A DNA stretch of 64,000 nt from Epithemia pelagica (Eukaryota > Protista > Bacillariophyta), in assembly GCA_946965045.2 (NCBI GenBank), contig OX337231.1, forward strand, positions 2,232,001 through 2,296,000, written 5' to 3'. The position numbers and the translations under genes are program-made. Shown here piece after piece: positions 40,910 to 54,625 of this stretch. The notes below the pieces were generated by a model. It was not told where the DNA came from, searched no databases, and saw nothing but the letters and a program-made list of their open reading frames with translations. Numbering within the stretch: position 1 is the stretch's first letter; every line of letters starts with the position of its first letter.

Positions 40910-43180
40910 ATGACGGACAACCACAAGAAAGAAAGTATGGGTGGTGGCAAACGAAGCTCATCTATCATGGCAGAAGGAGGAGGACCTCCAGGCAATACTG
41001 CGCAGCCTCCACCTGTAAGCTTTCATGTTGCCTATGGCAATCCCATTCATGTCAAGGAATCGCGTGGCAAATTTCCCCGCGTCGGTTCCACTTTGGGTCC
41101 CTATTTCTGTTTGGGACAACTGGGCAAAGGTACCTTTAGTAGCGTCCATAAATGCATCAACATGGCGTTCTACACGAAAACTAAGAGTGATGACAAAAAG
41201 GGCGAAGACAATGGGAGTGAGGAAAATGAAGTGGCATCTAGTCGTCGTCGTTTGGCGGCAGCCAAGGTGGAATTGCGCACCTTTCACCAATCCGGTGTGT
41301 TGGACTCGGAGGCTACGATTTTGCATTTTCTTCATTCCTCGTTGCCACCAGAAACCGTGCCAGTGTACATGGGACATTTCAAATCGTCTAATTATGCCGC
41401 CATTGTAATGGAATACTTGCCAGGTGAAGATATGAATCAATTACGAGAAACCATTATTCGAGGGGGGAAGAGTCGAAGGTTGCACGTCAAAGATGCCGTG
41501 TACTTGACGGCCGATGTCTTGTTACCACTTCTGCAACGGATGCACTCGGTTGGCTTTGTCCATCGGGATGTGAAACCAAGCAACGCTGTACGAATGGCTC
41601 CAATGGCGAAAAATAAAAACAGCGAAAACGAAACCAAGGACAACCTTAAAAAGTTTTGTTTGGTTGATTTTGGATTATCCAAAAGCGTTGTCGTACCTCG
41701 TGAATCGCCTTTTGCGGATTCTACCCACCCGTGGCCCGAGGATCAGACATGGTTGAAGCCGGCTCAGTACAATGGGCCGGCCTTTTTCCGCAAAGAACGA
41801 GAAAAGGCGGACTTTCGAGGATCCAGCATGTATGCCAGCTTGCGTGTTCATCAAGGAAAAGATTATTGTCCTCGAGACGATGTGTGGAGTGTCATGTATG
41901 TTTTTTGTGATTTGGTCAGTGGTGGATTACCATGGATGTCACATGCAGCCAACAAGGAGCGAAATGAATGTGGTAGACTCAAAGAAATAGTTCAAGGAGA
42001 AAGACCAAAGTCCACGACCGAAGGAGACAATAGTGACAAAAAAGATGACAACGACGCTGAGGTGAAGGACGAAGTTCGACAATTGCTCATGGGAGATGAA
42101 TATCATGTGGCCAAACACCGGCAAGAGTTCAAACAGGCAGCAGCAATAGCCGCTGCCAAGAAACTGGGACTACCTCCTCCACCACCTCCAACTAACACGC
42201 TTCCCACGCCGTTGCCCATGTCGGAGGAGCCTGTTTTGGTTGGGCATCTTCGGAAAGCCTTTGATCATTTGGCTACCCTACAGTTCTGGGATAGTCCCAA
42301 CTACGATCTCATCCGTGAGTGTATTCATGGCTTTTTGGAGCACACCTCCAAATGCCCTGATGTGCCCCAGATTCAGTGGGAGGCATCACGGTCGTCTGTC
42401 GATGCAAACGACGGCACTGCCGATACCACTGTTGTCGTTACGGATACTTCGACGCAGGCCTCATCGACCAAGAAAGAATCATCATCGTCGGTTCTGTCGC
42501 TACCCATGAAACGGAAACTTCCCTCACGAAAACTCGTTTCGGAACCATCCGATCCAGCATGCTTGGTCAACACTGACTTGTTTGGTGATGCCCAGGATCA
42601 GGCCGTTAAGGAACGCGAGAACAAGGATCAGAATGACGAAGCATCTGCGGAGGATTTTACCACCTTTGACTTTTCGGAAGATTCGCAAACCAAGTTACCA
42701 ATCCATTTGCAATTTGGATTGGAGCAAATGGCTCATCATGCCCGCAACGTCGAAACGGCACCCAAACATATTGTCCTTCGTGATTGGCTAGAGGTGGTCT
42801 GGTTGCTGGTGTATCAAAAGTTTTGGGATGTTCAACAGTACGAAGAATCGCATCGGACCAAGGGTGACGATGGATTTCGACGACCCTACTATTTGAAATT
42901 GCTCCGCCGATGCGTGGAATGGGCTCGCGCCTTTGACGATTTTCATCATCCTGACTGCTTTTTCCATGCACAGCAGCACGATGACAACAATAACCAGGAG
43001 GACCAAGATCCTGTTCTCTCAACGTTTTTGAAACGACGACGACGCACAGTTGAAACCAAGACTACTAAAGTCGAAAATATGATCCAAGTCAGTAAGGCTT
43101 TTGCAGCTTTGAAAATCACGATTCGGAGGGAGCAAGATCGACGGAGTGCTCCTCCTATGCGTCTTTCTTTTGGAACGTGA
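40910..43180 (+). CDS. CK1-group Ser/Thr kinase, tau-tubulin kinase-like
   Basis: LGKGTFSSVHKC, AAAKVE, FVHRDVKPSN, DFGLSK, DFRGSSMYAS, RDDVWS; intronless 756-aa ORF. Confidence 0.85.
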   Translation: MTDNHKKESMGGGKRSSSIMAEGGGPPGNTAQPPPVSFHVAYGNPIHVKESRGKFPRVGSTLGPYFCLGQLGKGTFSSVHKCINMAFYTKTKSDDKKGEDNGSEENEVASSRRRLAAAKVELRTFHQSGVLDSEATILHFLHSSLPPETVPVYMGHFKSSNYAAIVMEYLPGEDMNQLRETIIRGGKSRRLHVKDAVYLTADVLLPLLQRMHSVGFVHRDVKPSNAVRMAPMAKNKNSENETKDNLKKFCLVDFGLSKSVVVPRESPFADSTHPWPEDQTWLKPAQYNGPAFFRKEREKADFRGSSMYASLRVHQGKDYCPRDDVWSVMYVFCDLVSGGLPWMSHAANKERNECGRLKEIVQGERPKSTTEGDNSDKKDDNDAEVKDEVRQLLMGDEYHVAKHRQEFKQAAAIAAAKKLGLPPPPPPTNTLPTPLPMSEEPVLVGHLRKAFDHLATLQFWDSPNYDLIRECIHGFLEHTSKCPDVPQIQWEASRSSVDANDGTADTTVVVTDTSTQASSTKKESSSSVLSLPMKRKLPSRKLVSEPSDPACLVNTDLFGDAQDQAVKERENKDQNDEASAEDFTTFDFSEDSQTKLPIHLQFGLEQMAHHARNVETAPKHIVLRDWLEVVWLLVYQKFWDVQQYEESHRTKGDDGFRRPYYLKLLRRCVEWARAFDDFHHPDCFFHAQQHDDNNNQEDQDPVLSTFLKRRRRTVETKTTKVENMIQVSKAFAALKITIRREQDRRSAPPMRLSFGT

Positions 43181-43846
43181 GCTGAGGAAATACTTTGAAG
43201 AAGCCGAAAGTGCTACAAAACACACTAATGTCCCGCTTCTCAAAGATGGCAATTGTAGAAGGTTTTCTGGTCATTAATTGAGACCATTTATGGTTGGGAA
43301 GAGGAAAAAGTGTATATCGGCCCTCGGGTAAATCAGATTTTCCTGAGCATTCTCCTCAATCCTCATGCTGGTTGAGGATTACTTTTTCTTTCGACAAACT
43401 AAACTTCATGGTTCTGTCCTCTCTCCTGAATCGAGAACACCTCTGTTGATACTCCAAAGGCTGCGTCGGTGGTTGGGGTTGTAAAGTAGTCTATCGTCCC
43501 CCGTCTATTTCATTACGTACGCCAGCCACGGACATGATCACATTCCCATTGGGGCCATGCGCGCTGAAGTGCTGTTGTCACGAAAGAAGAAGAGGGTTGG
43601 ATTGCCGAAATGGTGCAATATGGCATCAACCTGGATCGTACACGACGGTTCTGGACAACTTTCTACCCTACATCAAAGACAATTTCAATGCCGACTTCAT
43701 GGATCGAGTCCACTATCCATTGCATGAGTGAAGAGAATTCGCAATTCATTGTGGCAATTGTGGAACTCCATCTATGTAGTTCACACAGAACCGTATAGTT
43801 TCATGCATCTACATAAACATTCGAAAGGGTTTCCTATCGCACTTTC

Positions 43847-45583
43847 CTATCCGTGCTTTTGCAGTAATTGAATAGGGACCCGTCCTTTCCGCTGTGCCAA
43901 TGTGGCACGTTCAAAGTCTATAGGAGGCATGGTTCCCACGACGCTGGCATCGTGTTGAAGCAGCAATATGACAAAGTATTGCATGAGAATCATGGCCACA
44001 CGTTCTCCTGGACATTTATGCGTTCCTTGAGAAAACGTTGAGGGTACACGGGGTAGAGAAGGAAAACGATGAGTTGCATCGTCCTTATTGCCGCGGCTAG
44101 CTTTGGGCAATCCTGTGGATTGTTGATCTTGTTTCAGTGCAAGTTCAGGGCGATATTGATCCAAAAATTCAGGGAACAGCTTCGGATCAACATTGTACAG
44201 ATAATGGGAAGATGAAATGGTTTCACCTGGATATACCTTGTATACACGACCTTGCTCATCTTCCAAACTTAGCTCTTTACATACCAAGCGAAGAGAGCCC
44301 AATGAATGGGCCGTGATACGCGTTGTCTCGGAGACACAGGCTCTTAAGGTTGGTAACGTGTTGTACAATTGATCCCATGACAAACTGGACGATGACGAGG
44401 TCTTGTCCAACTTTTCAACTTCTCCACGGACTTGATTCCAAAGCCAACGAGGATCCAATTGGCTGGTATTTGCGGTGGAAGGCTGTTCCCGAACTTCTTG
44501 TTCCCATAAATGGCAAAAAGACTGAGCCGCTCCAATGGCCGGGTTCTTATGGGCCGCAAAGACCAGTCCGACAATGAGTTCTGCCATGACATGAATATCC
44601 ATGTTTTCCTTGTCCATTTGCTCCAGCCATGGTCCGTAATATGGAACCACAACGTCTGCATCCTCTTTTGTGTTCTTCTTGCTGCTTGTTTCTTTCTGTT
44701 TGTCCGGATTGCGTGCCTTGACAATGATTTGAACAATTTTTTCTTGCACTTGAAGCCTAAATTTTCGCGTAGGTCCCAGAACCAACATATCGGCCACTCG
44801 TCGAGGAAGAACGGCAGATGCAGCCGTAGCTTCTTCAATCTTATCTTGTAGATCCAGTAGGTCTTTCAGCAAGAATGCATTTCGATCTTCCACGAAACAT
44901 GTTCCGCACATGACTGCCAAAATGGTACGAAGTGTGACAATGCGAGAAAGTTGAAACAGATCGGGTACCTGAGTGTATACCGGATTGCTGCCTTTACTCT
45001 TGGTCGTTGACCTCTTTTGGTCTTTACCCGGTGAAAAGAGGTTCAACAGCATGAGTTCCTTTTCTAATGCAATCTTCATTTGTTGAGTGGCCATGCGGCA
45101 AAAGTTGTTCCAATCGTGATAAAATGTGTTCTTGAGCATACGTTTGTGGAATTCAGTTCCTGTAAAAACATTGGTTTTTCCGAGCGACGCATCGAATCCA
45201 ATTTGTGCAATGGCCTGGTAACTACTCAACACCGATTCGGGTTGAAGAGCGACCTGTTTTTGAAGTTGGTCACTGGCACCCACTACAATCATGTGACGAC
45301 CCGCCAAGTTGATTCGAAACAGACTTCCGTCCGAAGTAGAATTTTTGCATAGAGCCGTTTGGCTAGCTTGTAAGAATCGAGGAGGGTCTTTTTTGTACGA
45401 AATGGCATGACCGAGCAGAGGTGTCCTGTGGCCGGGCGCCCAGGGAATGTTGGGATCATGCTTGGAGCTGCTGCGATTCGTTGCTTGACGGAATAGTAGC
45501 AGCATCAGCGGCGCCACCAAGCAAAGTGCCAGAACAACACCATGTTCTTCGGTCGACCAATTTTTGAGCGCAAGATCTGTCAT
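43847..45583 (-). CDS. Cytochrome P450 (CYP51/CYP7-clan-like)
   Basis: N-terminal TM anchor, TPLLGHA, ExxR motif (ETTR), DQYRPE, haem motif FSQGTHKCPG. Confidence 0.9.
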   Translation of the reverse strand: MTDLALKNWSTEEHGVVLALCLVAPLMLLLFRQATNRSSSKHDPNIPWAPGHRTPLLGHAISYKKDPPRFLQASQTALCKNSTSDGSLFRINLAGRHMIVVGASDQLQKQVALQPESVLSSYQAIAQIGFDASLGKTNVFTGTEFHKRMLKNTFYHDWNNFCRMATQQMKIALEKELMLLNLFSPGKDQKRSTTKSKGSNPVYTQVPDLFQLSRIVTLRTILAVMCGTCFVEDRNAFLLKDLLDLQDKIEEATAASAVLPRRVADMLVLGPTRKFRLQVQEKIVQIIVKARNPDKQKETSSKKNTKEDADVVVPYYGPWLEQMDKENMDIHVMAELIVGLVFAAHKNPAIGAAQSFCHLWEQEVREQPSTANTSQLDPRWLWNQVRGEVEKLDKTSSSSSLSWDQLYNTLPTLRACVSETTRITAHSLGSLRLVCKELSLEDEQGRVYKVYPGETISSSHYLYNVDPKLFPEFLDQYRPELALKQDQQSTGLPKASRGNKDDATHRFPSLPRVPSTFSQGTHKCPGERVAMILMQYFVILLLQHDASVVGTMPPIDFERATLAQRKGRVPIQLLQKHG

Positions 45584-46312
45584 TGTCTTTTCGCTTTGGT
45601 CGTTGCACGTTTTTGAGCAAAGCAAAAATTGGGGTAAGTAAAGATCCAAAAGATGACGTGGCCAAGTCTAACTCGGAAGCATCAGAAGTCTATGTATGCT
45701 ATGGTATCTCTCATTCTCATGCTCCTGTCATCATCTCTCTAGAGAGAGAGTAGGAGAGTCGAGGAGAAGGAGCTCTCCTCTCTCTAACATGTGCGGAATG
45801 CATCTTGCTGCAGATCTCGTCTACTACGAAAGATAGCAAGGGTGAACCGAATCATTATTCTCATATAGATTGAATGAATTATGGCTTTGAAGCATGGTTG
45901 TTTGCATCCTACCACAACGTGACGAACCTGGGGGCACCAAAACTGGTCGACTCCCGACTACCATATTCCGAAGGCATTTGACACTTGACGAAATATGCGG
46001 AGGTCACCAAAGAAGATCAAAATTGTCGACCATGTTTATCCGAGACAACCAGAAAGGTCCTACCATCAGGATGGCGCCTTGTCTGCCACAAAGACCGAAA
46101 AGAATAATGTCCGTGCGTTTCGTCCACTTTCCTTTTTTGCTTCGTGCATCTTGGGTTTGTTGACAACACAAAAGGAATTCATCAAGGATGAGAGATGCAA
46201 GGGATTCCAGCGAAGATTTGGATCACCTGGTTCGCCTAATGATCTCAAATGGTGGTTTATTCGAAACATCATCATCAATTGTCATCCAGGTGGTTCCCAG
46301 TTACAGGAGTGT

Positions 46313-49300
46313 CTATTCTGCGGCCGCCTTGGTAGCTGCTGCGGGTTTCGCGGTAGAGGAAGCGGCCCAATAGAGTTTCCATCGTTCTTCCTCCTTCGGC
46401 AAAAAGTTGGGTATAGGAGGGATACCTTTGCCTTGGCGACCCCAATCATCGTCTCCTGGTTCATCGCTGAACCAAGTTCGAGCCTTGTTGTTCGGGAAAC
46501 GAAGAGAGGTATTCTCGGGTGAACTGTTGTCAGGCAAGTTGGGTGTCTCCAAACTCGCAGCCCGGATGGCTTGCCAGGCAGCTTCACAATGCTGGGCACG
46601 AATCTGCAACACTCGGTTGACGAATGATTCAGTTTTGCTATTGTGCGCGGAGTTGGATGATGAACTACGAGTTGTCCGTTCTCGATGTTGTTTGGCCGCC
46701 GCCACAAGTGACAGATTGGTGCTCTGTCGAAAACGAGAGATGCTGTTCAACCGTTCCGCCAGGACTCGGTAGGATGTACTCTGGGGTAAGATCATGAGCA
46801 ACGACTTAAGTGCACGAAACAACATGGTACCGCTTCCTTCGGTGTTGTCGTCATTTGGTGGGTGATGGTTGTTGTGTTGCGGATGATGGTCGTGTTCTAA
46901 CATGCGAACATTCAAATGTCGAAACAAGGGGCGCTCTAGCAATTCAACCAATCGATCCATCTCAAGCAGAAACATGAGGTTGACATCCAGTGGGTTCATT
47001 TCTTGAAGGAACAACGAGGCTGTCCGAAAAGCTCCTGACCACAAACACAGCGATAGTACGGCGCCCAAGTTGTGCGCCCAGGAATGCAACAGAATGTGAA
47101 AAATCCGACAGCGGCGCCGATCGCGTTCCGATGAAGATGGAGACGATAGCTCAACGCAGCTATCTTTGAGTACTTCACGCACACTCCGTGCCTCTTCAGC
47201 GTTTAGGAGCACATGGTTCATGTGCTGCACAAACGCAGATACGAACTTCAAATCTTGTGCGTACTCCATGGACTTCAGAGCTGCTTGATCGTCGTCCAAA
47301 GTAAGATCTTTCGAGTCTGTTTTCTGCCGTTTCCGGAGCACAAACCGATCTAGTTCTACCGCGAACGACACCATAACGAATTCTGGGGGTTGCAGTTTAC
47401 ACATGTAGGAAATGACGCTTGAAAGGTCGGCTACAAGTTCGGGATTGGTTGAATGCATCTGGATAAGAGCGGCAAAGACTTTTCGATCTCGCGATATCCA
47501 TCGTTTTCCTTCTGGGCCTAGAATCTCCAGGGCGTAGTCTAAACTGGGCTGTGTCATGTGCACCGGAAGTGGCTCGGACAAATCTTCATCGTCGTTCGTT
47601 CCCCCCTGAGAACGATGGTGTGACGAAGCCACAGCCCATGGCGGGGTGGCAAACTTTTTGGCCGCGGCAGACAAAAGATCTTCCCCTGAGACAGGGACAG
47701 TGATAGTAGCCAAGACCTCCAGACTTTTGTAGACAATGCGTTGCGGTGGATCATCGACGAGTTGGTTGATAATCGCATAGATGAATTCTCGTGCATAGTC
47801 GGCCTTCAGTAAATCGGGTACCACGTATTGGTAAAGGACAATCACCCAATGTAACGCACAGAGACGAGATTGCGTGACCATTGTGGAACTGTTGTTTGTG
47901 TTGTTACCCATGTCATCGTTGCCCGGACGCCCATCTTTGGCATTCTCTGTAGCGTTGCTGTAGCTTCCACGAAACCAACCCGCCGATTCAATACCACTTC
48001 CATCCAGATTGACGTCGGCCCTATATGGACTGCGTTCTACCGCCGGGGCATTTTTTCCCAACAAGCCCCCAGGAGAATCCAGCTCTTCGCGTAATGCAAT
48101 TATGAATCCATCCAAGTGTTGAACGAACGAGGAACCATCGCGGCGTACAGCTTCTTGCAAAGAAGCATTGGTCTGTTCTGCGAGTGCGCGTGTAGTTTGA
48201 TCCGGCAAAAAGGAATTCTTGATGTTGTGATTGTGATGAGACGGATGATTCGAAGATCCTGCTCCACTAGGATCATATGTATCGCCAATGCTCAAGAGGA
48301 TTCCCGGTAGAACGTGCGGAACGGAATTTCGAACCGATACCGACGCAGCACTGCTACTCTGTACAGTCTTTCCTCCTCGTCGACTGGGAGAATGGGACGA
48401 TGACGGTGAGAGTTCTCCATCTAGATCGGCGCTTGATCCTTGGTTTATGCCAGAAGCGTCTCCAATGTGAGCTTTGACAATTCGAGACATCCAATACATA
48501 GCAACTTTGCGGACAAAAGGATTGGGATGCTCCATGGTGGTCACCAAGGCTTGAAGAATCTTATCAAAGTTCACCACACTTCCCTCTTCCATAGGTGTAT
48601 CGTCCATGTAATCCAAGGTTAGCAATTTGGGCAAGACCGACTGCAAAAACGCCAAAGCCGATTGTCGGATGGCGACCGTTGGGTCTCCAATCATGTCAAA
48701 GATCCCTCCAAGAAACAAGTGCAAGTATTCCAGAATGGGTGAACCAATGAGTTTTTCACTCCATTCTTGCAACCACGTCAGGGTTAAGCGTTTTGTCGGT
48801 TTGTTACGACTGTAGACAAATCGAGCAAAGACCGGGATACAAGCTTCCGCCTTGAGCTGACCAGAATTCAACGCTCCCACAACTATATCCTTAATCCTCC
48901 GATCCAAGATTTCTGCTCCCTTTCGAACATCTTCATTCACATCGGCGTAAAGGGATCGTAAGATTTCAAACAGGATAAAAAAGTGTTGAATGGCTAAAAT
49001 GGGAATGACCTTGACCGTGTTGCAAAGATTTTCGCAGGCATAGTATCTAACACGTTTGGAATGATCTTGACAGGCATGTACGACACTGGCCAAGATCAAA
49101 TCACGACATTCTTGGACCAGAGACTTTTGAGTCTCGGGGTTCCCAATGCCGCTGTTGTTATTGTTGACCGAGTCATCTTTGACCTTTTTCATTCCAATGG
49201 CACATGCAGCCAAGGCCACTACACCCCCTTTCCGAGCATCTTCACTGGTACTGCGGACATAGTCATCAGACAACAACAACAAGATGGCCCGAATGCGTTC

Positions 49301-50527
49301 CAACTCGCCTTGTTGGACCAAACTTCGAACCACCTTTTCAATTTCCATGGCCGCCAATCGACGTCGTTCGTATCGTTTGTGCGCCAAACTCACTAAGACA
49401 GCGGCCGAAATGGACTGTTGCGACGACCGTTTCAACGATTCCCGAGACTCATTAAACAAGGGATCATTGTCATCCGGTGCTGCAGCTAAACGCATCATAT
49501 CCGAATCAAACATGGTAAGTGATTCAATTTTCTGTCTCATAGTCATGAGGATATCGGGCAAGACACCAGAATTGAGGTGTTCATGATGCTGCTGGTGTAG
49601 TTGTGGATGCGGAAATGTACCACTGGAACTAGGCAAAGCTTGCGAACTTGCCGTTGTGGTGGCAGCTGATCCAATGGAACTATTGGTCTGTCCCACAATG
49701 GCAGGGGAATGAGTCGTAATACGCAATTTGGCATTTGAGTTACCACCCGTGGCGGAGGAAAGAGAAATTGTGGTGGAGGAGGATCGCACCATGTTGGAAG
49801 AAGATGCTGATGAACTTAGAGGTGGCAAGTCAGGCTGTGCTCTGGAGCTGGAAGTATGGTTGACCGAAGAAACCTCAATGTTGGTGGACAAGTTCGAGGC
49901 CGCATCGGCCCCTTCGGCGGCATTGTCCGTAGTTAAACTGGTTTCAATGGCTACATCGGTTCCCTCCTCATCGTCTTCATCCATGCTACTCCGAGATGAT
50001 GGAGCAGCAAAGAAATCAGAGGCATCCCCCTTGTGAGATTTCCCGACACGAAGAGCTTTGTCCCACTCGGATGTTTCATCGGAATGTTGAGCAATGGATG
50101 ATCGGTCCTCGTTTCGATTATCTTCTTCCTCTTTTGAATCTTGCTGATGTTTCATACGTTGTTTCTGATCGCTCTTTATTTGTCGTCCTTGTCTGGAGGC
50201 CGCCTTGACGTCACGTAGCTTTTCTTCGTCCGATGTGATGGCCATGGAACGACTCAAACGATTCGGATCTGTAATGATCTTGCTTGTTGCTTGCTGATGA
50301 AGATCCGCACGTTCTCTAGATTTTTGTTCCGTTGTTGTCGCCATGGGAGAATCTGCGGCGTAACTGTTCACAGGTGTTACATCCAGAATGCCATCCGCAC
50401 TGGGAGTCAGGAGAATCGCGTTCTCATCTTCGACTTGATGGTCGCTGTCCTTATTGCTGCTGTATTTGGTTTCCGAGCTTCCAGAAGAGGAACCCCCTCG
50501 ATCCAGCCGTTTTCCTTCACTCTCCAT
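46313..50527 (-). CDS. VAC14: Vac14 homolog (PIKfyve/Fig4 scaffold) with long disordered N-terminal extension
   Basis: KRYERRRLAAMEIEKVVR, RKGGVVALAA, RVRYYACENL, HEAT repeats, and C-terminal LVELLERPLFRHL and LKSLLMILPQS. Confidence 0.9.
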   Translation of the reverse strand: MESEGKRLDRGGSSSGSSETKYSSNKDSDHQVEDENAILLTPSADGILDVTPVNSYAADSPMATTTEQKSRERADLHQQATSKIITDPNRLSRSMAITSDEEKLRDVKAASRQGRQIKSDQKQRMKHQQDSKEEEDNRNEDRSSIAQHSDETSEWDKALRVGKSHKGDASDFFAAPSSRSSMDEDDEEGTDVAIETSLTTDNAAEGADAASNLSTNIEVSSVNHTSSSRAQPDLPPLSSSASSSNMVRSSSTTISLSSATGGNSNAKLRITTHSPAIVGQTNSSIGSAATTTASSQALPSSSGTFPHPQLHQQHHEHLNSGVLPDILMTMRQKIESLTMFDSDMMRLAAAPDDNDPLFNESRESLKRSSQQSISAAVLVSLAHKRYERRRLAAMEIEKVVRSLVQQGELERIRAILLLLSDDYVRSTSEDARKGGVVALAACAIGMKKVKDDSVNNNNSGIGNPETQKSLVQECRDLILASVVHACQDHSKRVRYYACENLCNTVKVIPILAIQHFFILFEILRSLYADVNEDVRKGAEILDRRIKDIVVGALNSGQLKAEACIPVFARFVYSRNKPTKRLTLTWLQEWSEKLIGSPILEYLHLFLGGIFDMIGDPTVAIRQSALAFLQSVLPKLLTLDYMDDTPMEEGSVVNFDKILQALVTTMEHPNPFVRKVAMYWMSRIVKAHIGDASGINQGSSADLDGELSPSSSHSPSRRGGKTVQSSSAASVSVRNSVPHVLPGILLSIGDTYDPSGAGSSNHPSHHNHNIKNSFLPDQTTRALAEQTNASLQEAVRRDGSSFVQHLDGFIIALREELDSPGGLLGKNAPAVERSPYRADVNLDGSGIESAGWFRGSYSNATENAKDGRPGNDDMGNNTNNSSTMVTQSRLCALHWVIVLYQYVVPDLLKADYAREFIYAIINQLVDDPPQRIVYKSLEVLATITVPVSGEDLLSAAAKKFATPPWAVASSHHRSQGGTNDDEDLSEPLPVHMTQPSLDYALEILGPEGKRWISRDRKVFAALIQMHSTNPELVADLSSVISYMCKLQPPEFVMVSFAVELDRFVLRKRQKTDSKDLTLDDDQAALKSMEYAQDLKFVSAFVQHMNHVLLNAEEARSVREVLKDSCVELSSPSSSERDRRRCRIFHILLHSWAHNLGAVLSLCLWSGAFRTASLFLQEMNPLDVNLMFLLEMDRLVELLERPLFRHLNVRMLEHDHHPQHNNHHPPNDDNTEGSGTMLFRALKSLLMILPQSTSYRVLAERLNSISRFRQSTNLSLVAAAKQHRERTTRSSSSNSAHNSKTESFVNRVLQIRAQHCEAAWQAIRAASLETPNLPDNSSPENTSLRFPNNKARTWFSDEPGDDDWGRQGKGIPPIPNFLPKEEERWKLYWAASSTAKPAAATKAAAE

Positions 50528-51025
50528 GCCCTTAACAAGAGATCAATCCACGATATCTATGTGAATTGACTTATCTGTTCCATCACCAAACAATATGGGA
50601 CATGGATCAAGGATGATGCGGAAATGGGACGATAGAATGACAAACAACCCGGATGTACTGTGATTCTGCGTGCCACGAAGGACGAGGCTATGTCTACTAT
50701 TTGTACCCCAAATAGAGTCCGACAAGAGGAAATCTCAACTCCTACTACTCCAATACTTTAAAGAAGTTTCCATCACTCTTTCAATTCAGGTGGATTCTTA
50801 CGAGAATGTTGAAGGCTCACAACTACAGGATAGGAGAAAAGAATGATGAAGTGTGTTGTATTATTAACGACACGTCGGGCCCACGCGCCGATGGGGAGAA
50901 ACAACGAGAGACAATCTCAAGATGCTGAGGGAACAGCGAGATCACCATCATCACCATTAAGACCGTGTCTGAAGAAGGCAGCAAGAATGAATTTTCCACA
51001 GGAAAGGATCCAGACTCGAATGATA

Positions 51026-51346
51026 CTACCGAGACCCACGGCGTCCTTTGCGTTCATCGTAGTCGACTGGCTTGGGGAAGGGATTCTGTTCAAGATCGAT
51101 TTCCCAGTTGTTCGAGTGGACGTTTCCTTTTGTCAGGTTTTGAATGTCATACTTGCGGAGTTGTTCCAGACCTTTGTAGGCCACGGAAATCTGTTGCTGA
51201 CACTTTTCTCCCGCTGGAAGATTCTTATTTTCTCTCCATTCTTCTCGAATCGCTTGGTAAATTTGAGGCTGATTAACGCTAGGGAACGTCCTTGCTGATC
51301 TCAATATATTCTTGTACAAGCCCAGAAGAGATTTTCTATCAGACAT
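51026..51346 (-). CDS. LYR-motif (Complex1_LYR) small mitochondrial protein
   Basis: LLGLYKNILRSARTFPS...IREEWRENKNL pattern; 106 aa from ATG 51346. Confidence 0.75.
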   Translation of the reverse strand: MSDRKSLLGLYKNILRSARTFPSVNQPQIYQAIREEWRENKNLPAGEKCQQQISVAYKGLEQLRKYDIQNLTKGNVHSNNWEIDLEQNPFPKPVDYDERKGRRGSR

Positions 51347-51746
51347 GGTCAAAGATCGTTTCGATCTGTGGTTCCAGACGATGATGTGTCGAGGAGAGTC
51401 GAGTGGACGTTGTCGTGAAGAATCTGGTCGCATTTTTAAGCCATAGGGTAGACTATAGTTATGCTACTGATACTCTTTTGAGAAAGACCCTCGGTTGCAT
51501 CAATGCGGACGATGTGATGCAATCCATGAGAGGTTCAAAGGCTGTGCTAAATAAGATGCACTGTTTCAGATGGAAGAACACTGTTATGTTAAAGGGAATT
51601 CATCAACAATTCGTGCTAGGACCTGGGGATATCAGCGAGACAGTTCTTATGAGTATCAGTTCATTGAGCTAGCTATGCATTTTGTATTGTTCAAAGCTAA
51701 GAATACTAGGGTCCAGTTTCACCTCCTTACAACCACCAACCTCTCA

Positions 51747-54166
<2,420 letters not shown>

Positions 54167-54625
54167 CTTGTATCTTACTGATGGTACACAGATCAAGATA
54201 CGATAGCCAGAGGATCAACGTTGATTTGGCACCTTTCCGGCTCTATGATGTCTGCACAATGGATTGAGATCGTGTGTCACCTCAAGTAGTGTCATCTTGT
54301 TCTCTTGTTCCTTCCAATAGCACACCGTCTGTCTGTCTTTCAGTCCGGTTTTAGCTAGAGTGTTATGTGCGTGTGTGTGGACTGTCATGAATGGGTAGCT
54401 CCGCAGCTTCCAGCTCCATAGCCACAAGTCATACTCCTCTAGGTAGCTAGTATCGGCATAGTTCTGGTTACTGCTACACGGTCTAAGGTGGCAAGGCATA
54501 AAATACACAACTTCTGTAGGTTGCTTTAGAGAATACATGAGAGTTGCGTTAATGGAAAATGTACAAAGTAGAGGAAAACAGAGCAAACTACAAGAATAAG
54601 GACACAAGGGTGAAAACGGAGAAGC

